From Candidatus Eiseniibacteriota bacterium (GTDB lineage Bacteria > Eisenbacteria > RBG-16-71-46 > SZUA-252), in assembly GCA_963703225.1 (NCBI GenBank), contig OY969801.1, positions 96,001-160,000 on the forward strand: DNA of 64,000 nucleotides, in the 5' to 3' direction. Below the pieces are notes generated by a model. The model made no database searches. It was not told the DNA's origin and saw nothing but the letters and a program-made list of their open reading frames with translations. Shown piece after piece: positions 33,220-43,907 of the stretch. The position numbers and the translations under genes are program-made. The first letter of the stretch is position 1. The number at the start of each line of letters is the position of its first letter.

Positions 33220-36089
33220 GCGCCGTCGAACGCCGCGGAGAGGAGCCGTTCCTGTTCCACCTTGTGGCTGCTCAAGGCACCGCTCGCCGGAGTGGCCGCC
33301 TCGGGGCGAGAAAGCCCCCGGAGCGGGAAGCGGCCGAAGAGAGTCTCGCCAAAGCGAGCCCTCACGTACCGCCACGCGCCCATGTTCTCCGGCTCTTCCT
33401 GAACCCAGTAGATCGGCGTGCCGTCTCGATAGCCCTCCAGGGCCGACCGGAGCGTCTCCTCGGCCAGCGGGTAGAGCTGCTCCACGCGGACGATGGCCGC
33501 GTCGTCCCGGCCGATCGACTTCCGCTTCTCGACCAGCTCGTAGTAGATCTTCCCGGAGCAAAGCAAGACCCGCTTTGCCTTCCCCGGGCTGACCGAGCCG
33601 TCAGGCAGAACGCGCTCGAACTTCCCACGCGCCAGATCCTCGAGCGGGGAGACGCACGCCGGGTGGCGGAGCAGGCTCTTCGGCGTCATCACCACGAGCG
33701 GCTTCCGCCAGTGGCGCAGCACCTGCCGTCTCAGGCAGTGGAAATACTGAGCCGGCGTCGAGGGGTAGACGATCTGAATGTTGTCCTTGGCGGCGAGGTC
33801 GAGGAAGCGCTCGATGCGGGCGCTGGAGTGCTCCGAGCCCATGCCCTCGAGCCCGTGCGGGAGGAGGAGCACCAAGCCGGAAAGCCTCCGCCACTTCTCC
33901 TCTCCGCTCGCGAGAAATTGATCGACGATGACCTGCGCCGCGTTGGCAAAGTCGCCGAACTGCGCCTCCCAGAGGACGAGCCCGTCGGGCCACTCGATCG
34001 AATAGCCGTATTCGAACCCGAGCACGCCGGCCTCGGAAAGCGGGCTGTTGAGGATCTCGACGGGCGCCTGCTTCGGCGCCAAATGTTCCAGCGGAATGTA
34101 GGTCTGCCCATTCTCCACGTCATGGAGGGCCGCGTGGCGCTGACTGAACGTGCCGCGCGCGCTGTCCTGTCCCGAAAGGCGGACCCGGAATCCTTCCAGA
34201 GCGAGCGTGCCGAACGCGGCGGCCTCGGCGGTCGCCCAGTCGAGCGGCTTTTCACCGCGCGAGTGAGAGAGGCGGAGCTCGAGCCCGCGCTTGATTTTCG
34301 GATGGGCGTGGAACGTGTCCGGGAGCGTCGCGAGGGATTCGAGAACCGAGCTGAGGAGCTTCCGCGCGACGCCGGTCTCCACCTCGGGGACCCCGGCGTC
34401 CGGCCCGCCTCGGTAGCTCGTCCAGGCGCCCCGTGGCTCTTCGACGGGTGGTTTCTTGTCGCCGTTTCGCGCTTTGGAGAGCTCCACCTCCAGACGCTCG
34501 CGCATCCGCTGCGCGATCGCTTCGGCTTCCTCCCGCGCGATCCGCCCTTGGGCGACCAGCTCGTCGCGATAGAGCTCGTGGACCGGGCGCCTCTTCGCGA
34601 TCTCGCGATAGAGCCTGGGCTGCGTGAAGGCGGGTTCGTCCCCCTCGTTGTGGCCGTGCCGCCGGTATCCGTAGAGGTCAATCACCACGTCGCGCTGGAA
34701 CTGCCGCCGAAACTCAAGGGAGAGCCGCACGACGTAGGCAACGGCTTCCGGATCCTCGCCGTTGACGTGGAAAATGGGCACCTGGAGCATCCGCGCGACG
34801 TCGGTGGCGTAGGGCGTCGACCGCCCCTCTTCGGGGAGGGTGGTGAACCCGATCTGGTTGTTCACGATCACGTGGAGCGTGCCCCCGGTGCGGTAGCCGG
34901 CGAGCTGGCTCATGTTCAGCGTCTCCTGGACGACCCCCTCTCCCGCGAACGCGGCGTCGCCATGAATCAAGACTACCATCCCGCGCGCCCGGGCCGCGTC
35001 GCCCACCCGGTCCTGCTTGGCGCGGAGCCGACCGGTCGCGACGGGATTCACGAACTCGAGATGGCTCGGGTTGTAGCAGAGGGAGAGATGCATCGGGTGG
35101 CCGCTGGCGGTGGCCACGTCCGTGCTGTAGCCGAGGTGGTACTTGACGTCGCCACGTCCCAGATAGAGCTCGGGGTCGGCGTCCTCGAATTCGCGGAAGA
35201 TCAGCCGCGGCGGCTTGCCGAGGATGTTCGCGAGCACGTTGAGGCGTCCCCGGTGCGCCATCCCGAGGACGATCTCGCCCAGTCCCAGCGTCGCCCCGAT
35301 TTCGATCGTGAGGTCGAGGAGCGCGATCAGGGTCTCGCAGCCTTCCACGGAGAAGCTCTTCGATCCGATGTACTTCTTCTGGATGAAATCCTCGAAGACC
35401 TTGGCCTCCGTGAGCCGGCTCAGGATCCGAAGCTGCTCTTCGCGGGAGGGGCGCGCGCGGTTTTCGGCCCGCTCCATCCGCTCCTGGAGCCATTCGCGAA
35501 TGCCGGTGTCCTCGATGTGAAGGAACTGCACGCCGACCGGGCCGCAGTAGGTTCGGCGAAGTCGGTCGAGCACCTGCCGGAGCGTCGCTCGGCCGGGCTC
35601 GGCGAGCGGGTCGGCGACCGGCCGATCGAGATCGCGCTCGGTGAATCCAAAGTACTCTGGCTTGAGATCGGGGAGCGTGGGGCGCGGCGCCCCCAGCGGG
35701 TCGATCCGGGCGATCAGGTGGCCGCGCGCGCGGAAGCTGCGGAAGAGGGCCGCGGCGCTTCGCGCGAACGCCGCATCGGCGTCGGGAGCCTGGACACCGG
35801 AGGCGGCGGCGCGTGCCGCCGGGGCCGCCTGCGCCGCGTGGGAGAGACTTTCGTTTTCGTCCGCGTCGAGCGCGTCGGCCGGCGGCCTGGGACGGCCGAA
35901 AAGTCTTCGCTCTGGAAACGAGGGCTTAAGCTGAGGCCGGGCGGCAAACCCGTTCGCCTCGGCGATCCCGTCGAAATACCGGCGCCAGGCGTCCGGTACC
36001 GAGGTGGAGTCCCTCAGGTAGTCGGCGTAAAGAGCCTCCACGAATGGAAGGCTCAGCGTGTTTGGACCCTGCTGTGTCGGTTCGGACAT
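33216..36089 (-). CDS. sucA: 2-oxoglutarate dehydrogenase E1
   Basis: '[11 protein letters not shown]', 'GDVKYHLG', '[10 protein letters not shown]', '[11 protein letters not shown]' and 'PKSLLRH'. Confidence 0.97.
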   Translation of the reverse strand: MSEPTQQGPNTLSLPFVEALYADYLRDSTSVPDAWRRYFDGIAEANGFAARPQLKPSFPERRLFGRPRPPADALDADENESLSHAAQAAPAARAAASGVQAPDADAAFARSAAALFRSFRARGHLIARIDPLGAPRPTLPDLKPEYFGFTERDLDRPVADPLAEPGRATLRQVLDRLRRTYCGPVGVQFLHIEDTGIREWLQERMERAENRARPSREEQLRILSRLTEAKVFEDFIQKKYIGSKSFSVEGCETLIALLDLTIEIGATLGLGEIVLGMAHRGRLNVLANILGKPPRLIFREFEDADPELYLGRGDVKYHLGYSTDVATASGHPMHLSLCYNPSHLEFVNPVATGRLRAKQDRVGDAARARGMVVLIHGDAAFAGEGVVQETLNMSQLAGYRTGGTLHVIVNNQIGFTTLPEEGRSTPYATDVARMLQVPIFHVNGEDPEAVAYVVRLSLEFRRQFQRDVVIDLYGYRRHGHNEGDEPAFTQPRLYREIAKRRPVHELYRDELVAQGRIAREEAEAIAQRMRERLEVELSKARNGDKKPPVEEPRGAWTSYRGGPDAGVPEVETGVARKLLSSVLESLATLPDTFHAHPKIKRGLELRLSHSRGEKPLDWATAEAAAFGTLALEGFRVRLSGQDSARGTFSQRHAALHDVENGQTYIPLEHLAPKQAPVEILNSPLSEAGVLGFEYGYSIEWPDGLVLWEAQFGDFANAAQVIVDQFLASGEEKWRRLSGLVLLLPHGLEGMGSEHSSARIERFLDLAAKDNIQIVYPSTPAQYFHCLRRQVLRHWRKPLVVMTPKSLLRHPACVSPLEDLARGKFERVLPDGSVSPGKAKRVLLCSGKIYYELVEKRKSIGRDDAAIVRVEQLYPLAEETLRSALEGYRDGTPIYWVQEEPENMGAWRYVRARFGETLFGRFPLRGLSRPEAATPASGALSSHKVEQERLLSAAFDGA

Positions 36090-36254
36090 AGTCGTGCGTC
36101 GCTCGTTCCCCTAATCTACTTTGGATGTACGGCGGCCGATAATGATGCCAGAGCCCAGGGTCCTTACACCAGATTAGTCGCTTGATATATCGACGGTTCC
36201 GCCAATTTCAAGAGCCCGCCCGGCAGCCCGGACGGTGGAGGCGAGGATGAGCGC

Positions 36255-37619
36255 ATGCTCCAGAGCATAAATCCGGCAACAGGCCAAGCCATAGCGAGTT
36301 ACGAGGAGACACCATCTTCCAGAATCGCCCAGGTCGCGGCCCAGGCCGAACGCGCCTTCTCGTCCTGGCAAAGGAGCCCGATGGCGGAACGGTCGGCCGC
36401 GATGCGTCGGGCCGCGTCGCTCCTCTTGGAAGGGAAGGATCGATTCGCGAAGTTGATGGCGGTCGAGATGGGGAAGCCGCTCGCGCAGGGGCGCGCCGAG
36501 TCCGAGAAGTGCGCGTGGGGCTGCGAGTACTTCGCGGAGCACGCGGAGCGCTTTCTGGCGCCCGAGGCGATCGAGACCGACGCTCGGAAGAGCTACGTGG
36601 CGTTTCCCCCGCTCGGCGTGGTGCTCGCGGTGATGCCGTGGAATTTTCCCTTCTGGCAGGTGTTTCGATTCGCGGCGCCGGCCTTGATGGCCGGGAATGG
36701 ATGCGTTCTCAAGCACGCGTCCAACGTTTCGGGGTGCGCGCTTGCGATCGAGGAGCTTCTGCGCGACGCGGGGTTCCCCGAGGATTTGTTCCAGGTGGTG
36801 CTTCTTCGCGGCGGGGCGGTGGAGCGAATGGTGGAGTGCCCTGAAATTCGCGCGGTGACGCTGACCGGGAGCGCCGAGGCGGGCCGCGCGATCGCGGCGG
36901 CGGCGGGGCGACTGCTCAAGAAGAGCGTCCTCGAGCTGGGCGGCAGCGATCCCTACGTCGTCCTGGAGGACGCCGACCTGGAATCCGCGGCCGAGATCTG
37001 CGCCGCGTCGCGTCTCGTCAATTCCGGACAAAGCTGCATCGCGGCCAAGCGGTTCATCGTGGTGGAGCGCTTGCGGCGCGCGTTCGCCGAGCGTCTTGTC
37101 GAGCGGATGCGCGCGAGGCGGGTTGGAAATCCGATGGAGCCGGGGATCGACGTGGGGCCCCTCGCGCGGCGCGACCTCCGCGACCAGCTCCACGCGCAGG
37201 TGGTCGAGAGCGTGGGCCGCGGCGCCAAGGTGTTGCTGGGGGGTGAGGTGCCGCCCGGGCCCGGGGCTTTCTACCCGCCGACCGTCCTCGACGACGTCGG
37301 CCCCGGCATGCCGGCGTACGACCAGGAGACATTCGGCCCCGTCGCGGCGATCATTTCGGCGCGCGATGGTGCGGACGCGATCCGGATCGCCAACGACAGC
37401 CACTACGGCCTCGGCGCGGCGATCTTCACGCGCGACGCCGAGCGCGGCGAACGGCTCGCCCGCGAGGCGATCGAGGCGGGATCCTGCTTTGTGAACTCCC
37501 TCGTCCGATCCGACCCACGGCTTCCATTCGGTGGGGTCAAGGAGTCGGGTTACGGCCGCGAGCTGGCCCACTTTGGGATTCGCGAGTTTGTGAACGTGAA
37601 GACGGTCAGCGTGGCATAG
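36255..37619 (+). CDS. NAD(P)-dependent succinate-semialdehyde dehydrogenase (GabD1/Sad type)
   Basis: 'VMPWNFPFWQVFRFAAP', 'LELGGSDP', 'NSGQSCIAAKRF' and 'LPFGGVKESGYGRE'. Confidence 0.9.
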   Translation: MLQSINPATGQAIASYEETPSSRIAQVAAQAERAFSSWQRSPMAERSAAMRRAASLLLEGKDRFAKLMAVEMGKPLAQGRAESEKCAWGCEYFAEHAERFLAPEAIETDARKSYVAFPPLGVVLAVMPWNFPFWQVFRFAAPALMAGNGCVLKHASNVSGCALAIEELLRDAGFPEDLFQVVLLRGGAVERMVECPEIRAVTLTGSAEAGRAIAAAAGRLLKKSVLELGGSDPYVVLEDADLESAAEICAASRLVNSGQSCIAAKRFIVVERLRRAFAERLVERMRARRVGNPMEPGIDVGPLARRDLRDQLHAQVVESVGRGAKVLLGGEVPPGPGAFYPPTVLDDVGPGMPAYDQETFGPVAAIISARDGADAIRIANDSHYGLGAAIFTRDAERGERLAREAIEAGSCFVNSLVRSDPRLPFGGVKESGYGRELAHFGIREFVNVKTVSVA

Positions 37620-37741
37620 AAAGAAGGCCGCCGGACTCGCTGGCGGCCCCGAATCGAGGAGGCGTTGGGGGGTAGCGCCGATCGTCGTAGACTGGTCGGC
37701 TTCGACCGACGCGGACGCACTGCCCAAACCCGGAGCCAGCC

Positions 37742-39700
37742 CTGATCCGTCTGAACGACATCAGTTACTCGATCGGCGCGCGTACCCTCTTCTCCGACAT
37801 CACTTGGACGATTTCGCCGGGAGACCGTGTGGCCCTCGTCGGTCCCAACGGGGCGGGGAAGACGACCCTGATCCGGATCATCCTCGGGGAATACACGCCG
37901 GAATCCGGGTCGAGGGTGGTTTCGCGAGGCACCCGCTTCGGGTACCTCCCGCAGGAGGCCGCGGAGCGATTCGATGGGACCGTCCTCGACCGAGCGATGG
38001 AGGCGCACCGGCACCTCCTCGAGATGCGCGAGGAATTGGACGCCCTCTACGAGAGCTTGAGGGACGTGACCGCGTCGGACCCGACGCTGCCGGCGCTCCT
38101 CGAGCGAGCGGGGGAGCTTCAGCATCACCTCGAGCTGAACGACGAGCACGTCCTCGAGCCTGAGGCCCGCCGGATCCTGGACGGGCTCGGCTTCGCGGCG
38201 GCGGATCAGGACCGGCCGCTGGCGGAATTCTCGGGCGGTTGGAGAATGCGCGCGGCGCTGGCGGCGCTCCTCCTCACCGATCCGACGCTCCTCTTTCTCG
38301 ACGAGCCGACCAACCATCTCGACCTGCCCGCGCTCGAGTGGCTGGAAGACTACCTCGAGGAATTCCACGGCGGGCTGGTGGTGGTCTCGCATGATCGGGT
38401 CTTCCTCGACCGAGTGGCGACCGAGGTGCGCGAGCTGGATCAGGCGACGCTCAGCGAGTACGCGACGAGCTTCACGGGATACTTGGAAGAGCGGGAGGCG
38501 CGCCGCGAGCGTCTCGAAGCGCAGAACGTGCAGGTCGAGAAGAAAATCGCCCAGCTGACCCGATTCGCGGAGCGGTTTGGCGCCAAGGCTTCCAAGGCCA
38601 CGCAGGCGCAGAGCAAGCGGAAGCAGATCGAGCGGCTGAAGACCCAGCGGGTCATCCTTCCGCGGCGGCCGCGCGGCATCCGCTTTCACTTTCCGGCCCC
38701 ACCCCACGTGGGACGGCTATTGGTTCGGCTCAAAGACGCCTCGTTCGGGTACGGCGAACGGGATGTCTTCTCGGACGCATCGATCGAGATCGAGCGCGGG
38801 GAGAAGGTCGCGATCGTCGGCGCGAACGGCGCGGGAAAGACGACCCTCCTGCGCGTCATCGCGGGCCAGCTCGCGCCGCGGGAGGGCGAGCGGGAAATTC
38901 ACCAGCAAGCGCGGCCGGCCTATTTCGCCCAGCACGCGGCCGAGACGCTCGACGGGAAGCTCACCATACTGCAGGCGGTGGAGGAGGTCGCGACCGACGA
39001 CGCCATGCCGCGCCTTCGCTCGCTCCTCGGGAACTTTCTCTTCACCGGGGACGACGTCTTCAAGCTCTGTCGCATCCTCTCGGGAGGGGAGCGTCAGCGG
39101 GTGGCGATCGCGCGACTCCTGCTCCAGCCCACCAACCTTCTCCTCCTCGACGAGCCGACGCACCATCTGGACCTCGCGGGCAAGGAGGTCTTGGAGGAGG
39201 CGCTCGAGCAGTACCCTGGGGCGGTGATCGTGGTGACCCACGACCGCTCGCTCATGGCGCGCCTGGCGACCCGGATCCTCGCGGTCCATGACGGGCGGGT
39301 GACGCTCTATCCGGGCGGCTACGACGACTACGAAGCCGCCCGGCTCAAGGCTGAGGGAGAGAGGGCGGCTGGCGCGAAGGCCGAGCGGGTCGGCGACCGG
39401 GGGCCAGCGGCCAAGGCGAAGAAGGGAGGCGCCAAAGAGGCCGCGGGGCCGAAGCCGGCACCCGCAGCTAGCAAGTCGGAGGCGCGCGCCGCCCAGGCAG
39501 AGGCCCGGAAGCGAGCCAAGGAGGCGGAGACGATCGAGCGCGAGATCGAATCTCGGGAGACGGAGATCAAGAGCGTGGAAATCGAGCTCGCCAACCCCTC
39601 CGTCTTCTCGGACGGAGCGCGGACCAAGGAGCTTCTCCAGCGCTACGAACGCCTCAAGGCAGAGGCGGAGTCGCTCTGGAAGCGCCTCGAGGCGATGTAG
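37742..39700 (+). CDS. ABC-F family ATPase (Uup/YheS-like), probable CTG start
   Basis: Two NBDs (GPNGAGKT...FSGG...LDEPTNHLD; GANGAGKT...LSGGE...LDEPT), no TM segments and a C-terminal coiled coil. Confidence 0.92.
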   Translation: MIRLNDISYSIGARTLFSDITWTISPGDRVALVGPNGAGKTTLIRIILGEYTPESGSRVVSRGTRFGYLPQEAAERFDGTVLDRAMEAHRHLLEMREELDALYESLRDVTASDPTLPALLERAGELQHHLELNDEHVLEPEARRILDGLGFAAADQDRPLAEFSGGWRMRAALAALLLTDPTLLFLDEPTNHLDLPALEWLEDYLEEFHGGLVVVSHDRVFLDRVATEVRELDQATLSEYATSFTGYLEEREARRERLEAQNVQVEKKIAQLTRFAERFGAKASKATQAQSKRKQIERLKTQRVILPRRPRGIRFHFPAPPHVGRLLVRLKDASFGYGERDVFSDASIEIERGEKVAIVGANGAGKTTLLRVIAGQLAPREGEREIHQQARPAYFAQHAAETLDGKLTILQAVEEVATDDAMPRLRSLLGNFLFTGDDVFKLCRILSGGERQRVAIARLLLQPTNLLLLDEPTHHLDLAGKEVLEEALEQYPGAVIVVTHDRSLMARLATRILAVHDGRVTLYPGGYDDYEAARLKAEGERAAGAKAERVGDRGPAAKAKKGGAKEAAGPKPAPAASKSEARAAQAEARKRAKEAETIEREIESRETEIKSVEIELANPSVFSDGARTKELLQRYERLKAEAESLWKRLEAM

Positions 39701-39710
39701 AATATCGGCT

Positions 39711-41369
39711 ATGGATCAAGCCCGGCCGGTACTGCCTTCCCCCACCCCTCGCACGTCGACCCGGAGCCGCTGGCGCTCGCTCCCGCCGGAGCTGCTCCAG
39801 CAGTCCTGCAAGCGGGTTGGGATCATGAGCGTGACGATCGCCGCGCTCTGGGCGATTTCGCTGGTGATGAACAACGTCGTGGCCCCCCTGTTGGGGCACA
39901 ACCATCAGATGCTCAACTCGATGGGGTGGCACATGGCGTGGCCCCATCCGGGCAACGTCATCTCCATCATCGGCCTGGCTTCCGCGCTCGGGGTCTTCTT
40001 CAGCGTTGGGCGCCTCAGCAAGACCCCCCACCGCCTGCTCCGGCTGGCGCTCGTCTTGCAGGTGATCACCGCGGCCCTGGTCGCGACCCTGATGCACTGG
40101 TACCCGGCGTCCGGCGCGGAGTTCGCCAGCTGGCGGATCTCGTGGCTCTGCGTCGTCATTCTCATGTTTCCGGCCGTGGTGCCGTCGACGCCGCTCACCA
40201 CGCTCCTCGTGTCGCTGGCGGTGGCCACGATGGATCCGATCGCGGTCGCGTTGGCCCACGCGCGCGGGGTTCCGATCCAAGCCGACGCGTTCACCCTGCT
40301 CTGGTACTTCCTGCCCAACTACATTTGCGTCGGGCTGGCCTTGGTTCCGGCGAAGATCATCGCCGGGCTGGGACGGCAGGTGAATCAGGCACGGGAGCTG
40401 GGGAACTACCAGCTCGGCGAGCTGCTCGGACGGGGCGGGATGGGCGAGGTCTACCGCGCGCGCCACCGGATGCTCGCGCGCCCCGCCGCCATCAAGCTGA
40501 TCCGCCCCGAAACGCTGGGTGGGGGCAACGTCGACGCCGGAAACATCATGGTCCAACGATTCCGCCGCGAGGCCCAGGCGGCCGCACTCCTCCGCTCTCC
40601 CCACACGATCAGCCTCTACGACTTCGGCCTCACCGACGACGGGGTCTTCTACTATGTGATGGAGCTCTTGGAGGGGCTCGATCTCGAGACGCTCGTCAAG
40701 CGCTTCGGCCCGATCTCGGCGGAGCGGACGGTCTATCTGCTCCGCCATGCCTGCCGCTCGCTGGGAGAGGCGCACGCGAGGGGCCTCATCCACCGGGACA
40801 TCAAGCCGTCGAACATTTTCACCTGCCGGCTCGGCCTGAGCGTGGACTTCGTGAAGGTCCTGGATTTTGGATTGGTGAAGCAGCGCCAGGACGGGCCGCA
40901 GGCGCCGACCGTCCTCCTCACGCAGCCCGATGTGGCCACCGGGACTCCGGCGTTCATGGCGCCCGAAATGGCGCTGGGAGAGTCGACGATCGACGGCCGG
41001 GTCGATATCTACGCGCTCGGCTGCGTCGGCTACTGGCTGCTCACGGGGAGGTTGGTCTTCGAGGCCGATACGCCGGTGAAGATGATGCTCCAGCATATTC
41101 AAAAGGAGCCCGAGCCCGCGTCCCGCTACGCGGAGGTGGAGGTTTCTCCCGAGCTGGATCGGCTCCTCTTACGGTGCTTGGCCAAGAACCCGGCCGAACG
41201 GCCGGGCGACACCCTGACCCTTGCCTCCTCGCTCGCCGAAGTGCCCGTTCGGGAGTCGTGGACCAAGGAACGAGCCGAGCAGTGGTGGAGCGCGCACCTG
41301 CCGGCCGTCGCGCCGTTCACGGTCCTTCGCGAGGAGACCCCGCTCAGCACCGTGCACGCGGCCAAGTAA
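39711..41369 (+). CDS. Hanks-type Ser/Thr kinase with N-terminal multi-pass membrane domain
   Basis: About 6 TM helices, then GRGGMGEVY, AAIK, HRDIKPSN, DFG and APE. Confidence 0.93.
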   Translation: MDQARPVLPSPTPRTSTRSRWRSLPPELLQQSCKRVGIMSVTIAALWAISLVMNNVVAPLLGHNHQMLNSMGWHMAWPHPGNVISIIGLASALGVFFSVGRLSKTPHRLLRLALVLQVITAALVATLMHWYPASGAEFASWRISWLCVVILMFPAVVPSTPLTTLLVSLAVATMDPIAVALAHARGVPIQADAFTLLWYFLPNYICVGLALVPAKIIAGLGRQVNQARELGNYQLGELLGRGGMGEVYRARHRMLARPAAIKLIRPETLGGGNVDAGNIMVQRFRREAQAAALLRSPHTISLYDFGLTDDGVFYYVMELLEGLDLETLVKRFGPISAERTVYLLRHACRSLGEAHARGLIHRDIKPSNIFTCRLGLSVDFVKVLDFGLVKQRQDGPQAPTVLLTQPDVATGTPAFMAPEMALGESTIDGRVDIYALGCVGYWLLTGRLVFEADTPVKMMLQHIQKEPEPASRYAEVEVSPELDRLLLRCLAKNPAERPGDTLTLASSLAEVPVRESWTKERAEQWWSAHLPAVAPFTVLREETPLSTVHAAK

Positions 41370-41372
41370 CCC

Positions 41373-42527
41373 CTACCGCGCGGGCACTCCCCAAAGGAGC
41401 CGGACCGAGGGCTCGACCGGTTTTCGGTCGAGAAAGCTCATCGAGAGCGTCACCCCACCGTCGGCGTCAACGCTGAAGAGGCCGCACTGATCCGCTTCGT
41501 CTTTGACCATGGCCTCGTCTTGAACCACGTCCCACCCGTCGAGGCCTTTCCAGCCGTGCCGGTAGAGCCACGCCACCTCGTTCTCGTGGATGTTCTCGGC
41601 GCGTCGTTCCCCGGCGCCAAACCAGAGGAATGAGGGCTCCGGCTCTCCCGATAAATTGATCAGGTGGAAGCCGCGCCCGTCGCGGCGTGTGACGGAGAAA
41701 CGCTCGTACGTGTGCGTGTGCCCGACCAGGACCAAGTCGACCCCTCCGTCGGCGAAGATGTCCGCGAGGCGACGACCGTGGTAGCGGAGATTCCAGAGGT
41801 CCCGCGCCTGCTCCCGGTGCTTCGATGACGATTGGATGAAGGGGTGGTGCATCACGACCACGGTGGTGGCGCTCGGCCCGAAGCCGGGATCCGCCAACTC
41901 CCGGACGAGCCAATCGAGCTGCGCGTGGGCGCGCCGCGCCACCGCCGCGGCGTCCACGTTCCGCCCTTCGTCGTAGACCCAATCGTTGGAATCGAGAAAG
42001 AGAAACCGGACCCGGCCCACTACCTTCTTGTAGTAAAGGCGCTCCTGCGTGAGCGGCTCGCCGATCGAGGATAGAAAGGCGGCCGAATTCGCGCGCGATG
42101 GACCGCGAACGTTGTTATCCACCTCGTGGTTGCCGACGGCGACCAGGTAGGGTAACCTTCGCAGCTTACGCAGCAGGCCCGCCAAAACCGAAAATTGATC
42201 GCTGTACGCGCCGTCGTCGACGATGTCGCCAGTATCAATGAGGAAGAGGACCCGATCGTGTTGGGCCGCGTGACCTTCCATGGCGTCGATGAGCTTGGGC
42301 CAGTCTTCCGCGATCAGCGCCCGCTGATCGCCGAATGCCAGAAATTCAAACCCCGCCGTGGGATCGAACTTCGTCTGCTGCATGCGTGATTCGAGCGTCG
42401 GGTGGTCGAGGGGAAGGACCGGCTGGCGCGACGTGCGTGGCCAGGTGGCCCCCACAAGGACGGCGGCGGCCAGCGCGATGAGTAGCAACCAGCGCCCGCG
42501 CGGCGGCCGAAGCAAAGATCCCCTCAT
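41373..42527 (-). CDS. Exported/anchored calcineurin-like metallophosphoesterase (purple acid phosphatase-like)
   Basis: GAGGAGG RBS before ATG 42527 and an N-terminal hydrophobic segment. Motifs FGD, 'TGDIVDDG', 'GNHE', 'MHHP' and 'GHTH'. Confidence 0.88.
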   Translation of the reverse strand: MRGSLLRPPRGRWLLLIALAAAVLVGATWPRTSRQPVLPLDHPTLESRMQQTKFDPTAGFEFLAFGDQRALIAEDWPKLIDAMEGHAAQHDRVLFLIDTGDIVDDGAYSDQFSVLAGLLRKLRRLPYLVAVGNHEVDNNVRGPSRANSAAFLSSIGEPLTQERLYYKKVVGRVRFLFLDSNDWVYDEGRNVDAAAVARRAHAQLDWLVRELADPGFGPSATTVVVMHHPFIQSSSKHREQARDLWNLRYHGRRLADIFADGGVDLVLVGHTHTYERFSVTRRDGRGFHLINLSGEPEPSFLWFGAGERRAENIHENEVAWLYRHGWKGLDGWDVVQDEAMVKDEADQCGLFSVDADGGVTLSMSFLDRKPVEPSVRLLWGVPAR

Positions 42528-43907
42528 CCCGGTCTTCCTCCTCGTGATGGCGGTGCTCATAGTGGCGGCCCCCGTGGCAGGCGCGGCGCCGACCGTTGCC
42601 ACGGAAAGCTACTGGGATTCCGTGCCCGCCGCGGCCGACTCTTCCGATTCCGTCCGCGCCATATACCACGATCCGCCGATGCCGATCACGCACGCGATCT
42701 TCTACTGGCCGGTGCGCGTCGTCACCTTTCCGATCGTGCTCGTCGCCGACGGAATCGGCGGCGCCGCCGAGTACTTGGATGAGCATAGGGTAATTCAACG
42801 CACCGCCGAACTGATAGGCCCGCGCAAGGGACCCTTCGGCGTCGTGCTCGGGGTGCAGGCCGGCGGGCTCTCCGGATTTGGCGCCGGCGTCTCGGTCGAG
42901 CACGACGCGTTCTTCCGGAAGGGAAACCTGCTTCGGGTCAGGGGGTCGACGACGGTGAACGGGGACCACCGAGCCTCCGTCGGACTGAGGATTCCGTCGG
43001 GGGAGGGGGAGTACTTCGAATACGGAATCGGGTATCGGGCGCGCGAGAATGCCCGGTACGTCGGGATTGGCCCCACGACCATCGCCACCAACGAGTCCTA
43101 TTACAAGCAGGAGCTCTTCTGGACCGGCGCGAACCTGAGACGAAGCATCGGCGGCGGGATCTTCGTCGAAGGCGACCTCCTCTACTCGTCGGTGGGGGCC
43201 GGAGAGCCGCGCTACGACGCCAACCCGTCGATCTCGACGGTCTTCGCGGGCGCGCTGCCGGTCGGCTTCGGAAGCCACTCCTACGGCGTATCCCTGGGGG
43301 CGCAGCTCTCGCACGAGAACGACCTGAGCCTGCTGAGGCCGACCAAAGGCGGCAGCCGGCGCGTCCGGGTCGAGCGCTACGAGAGCACGGACAAGTCGGA
43401 GGTCGGATTTTGGAGCTACCGCGCCGAGCTCCAGCAGTTCTTCACGCTCTGGCACCCCTACCGAGTTCTCGCGCTGCGGAGCTACGGCTCATGGATCGAT
43501 CCCTCCGGGCCGAGTGCCCTCCCGTTCCAGCGGCTCATGATCAACGACACGCCCGACGCGTTGCGAGGCTATCGCGCGTTTCGATTCCGCGATCGGGGAT
43601 TGGTCACGGTTGACGCGGAGTATCGATTCCCGCTCATCACAAAGAGCGTCCCGGCGGCGCGGGGCTGGATCTCTATCCGCTGGCCGACTGGGGGCAGGTC
43701 TTCGGCAACGCGGACGACGTCTCGTTCCGAAACATGACGTTCTCGTATGGCATCGGGCTCCGGCTGGAATCGACGACCGGTTTCGTGTCGCGGATCGAGT
43801 GGGCGCGGAGCGACGAGGAGAACGTGTTCCTCCTCCGTTCCGACCAGATCTTTCAGTTCCTGAAGCGGGGAATCCTCTATGGACGCGATCCGGTTCCGGC
43901 CCGCTAG
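42478..43907 (+). CDS. Omp85 (BamA/TamA-family) barrel without recognisable POTRA domains (one -1 frameshift near 43653; start 42478 or 42547)
   Basis: Loop-6 motif 'LRGYRAFRFRD' and 'AEYRFP'. The reading continues in another frame as 'ADWGQVF...SYGIGLRL...SRIEWARS' to TAG 43907. Confidence 0.8.

Noticed and set aside
33264..36185. 973-aa plus-strand ORF, and similar long ORFs at 22489-24753, 11556-13607, 55772-57709 and 9650-11236
   Set aside because: These are shadows of well-supported genes. High-GC codon bias removes stops on the opposite frame, and they show no recognisable motifs.
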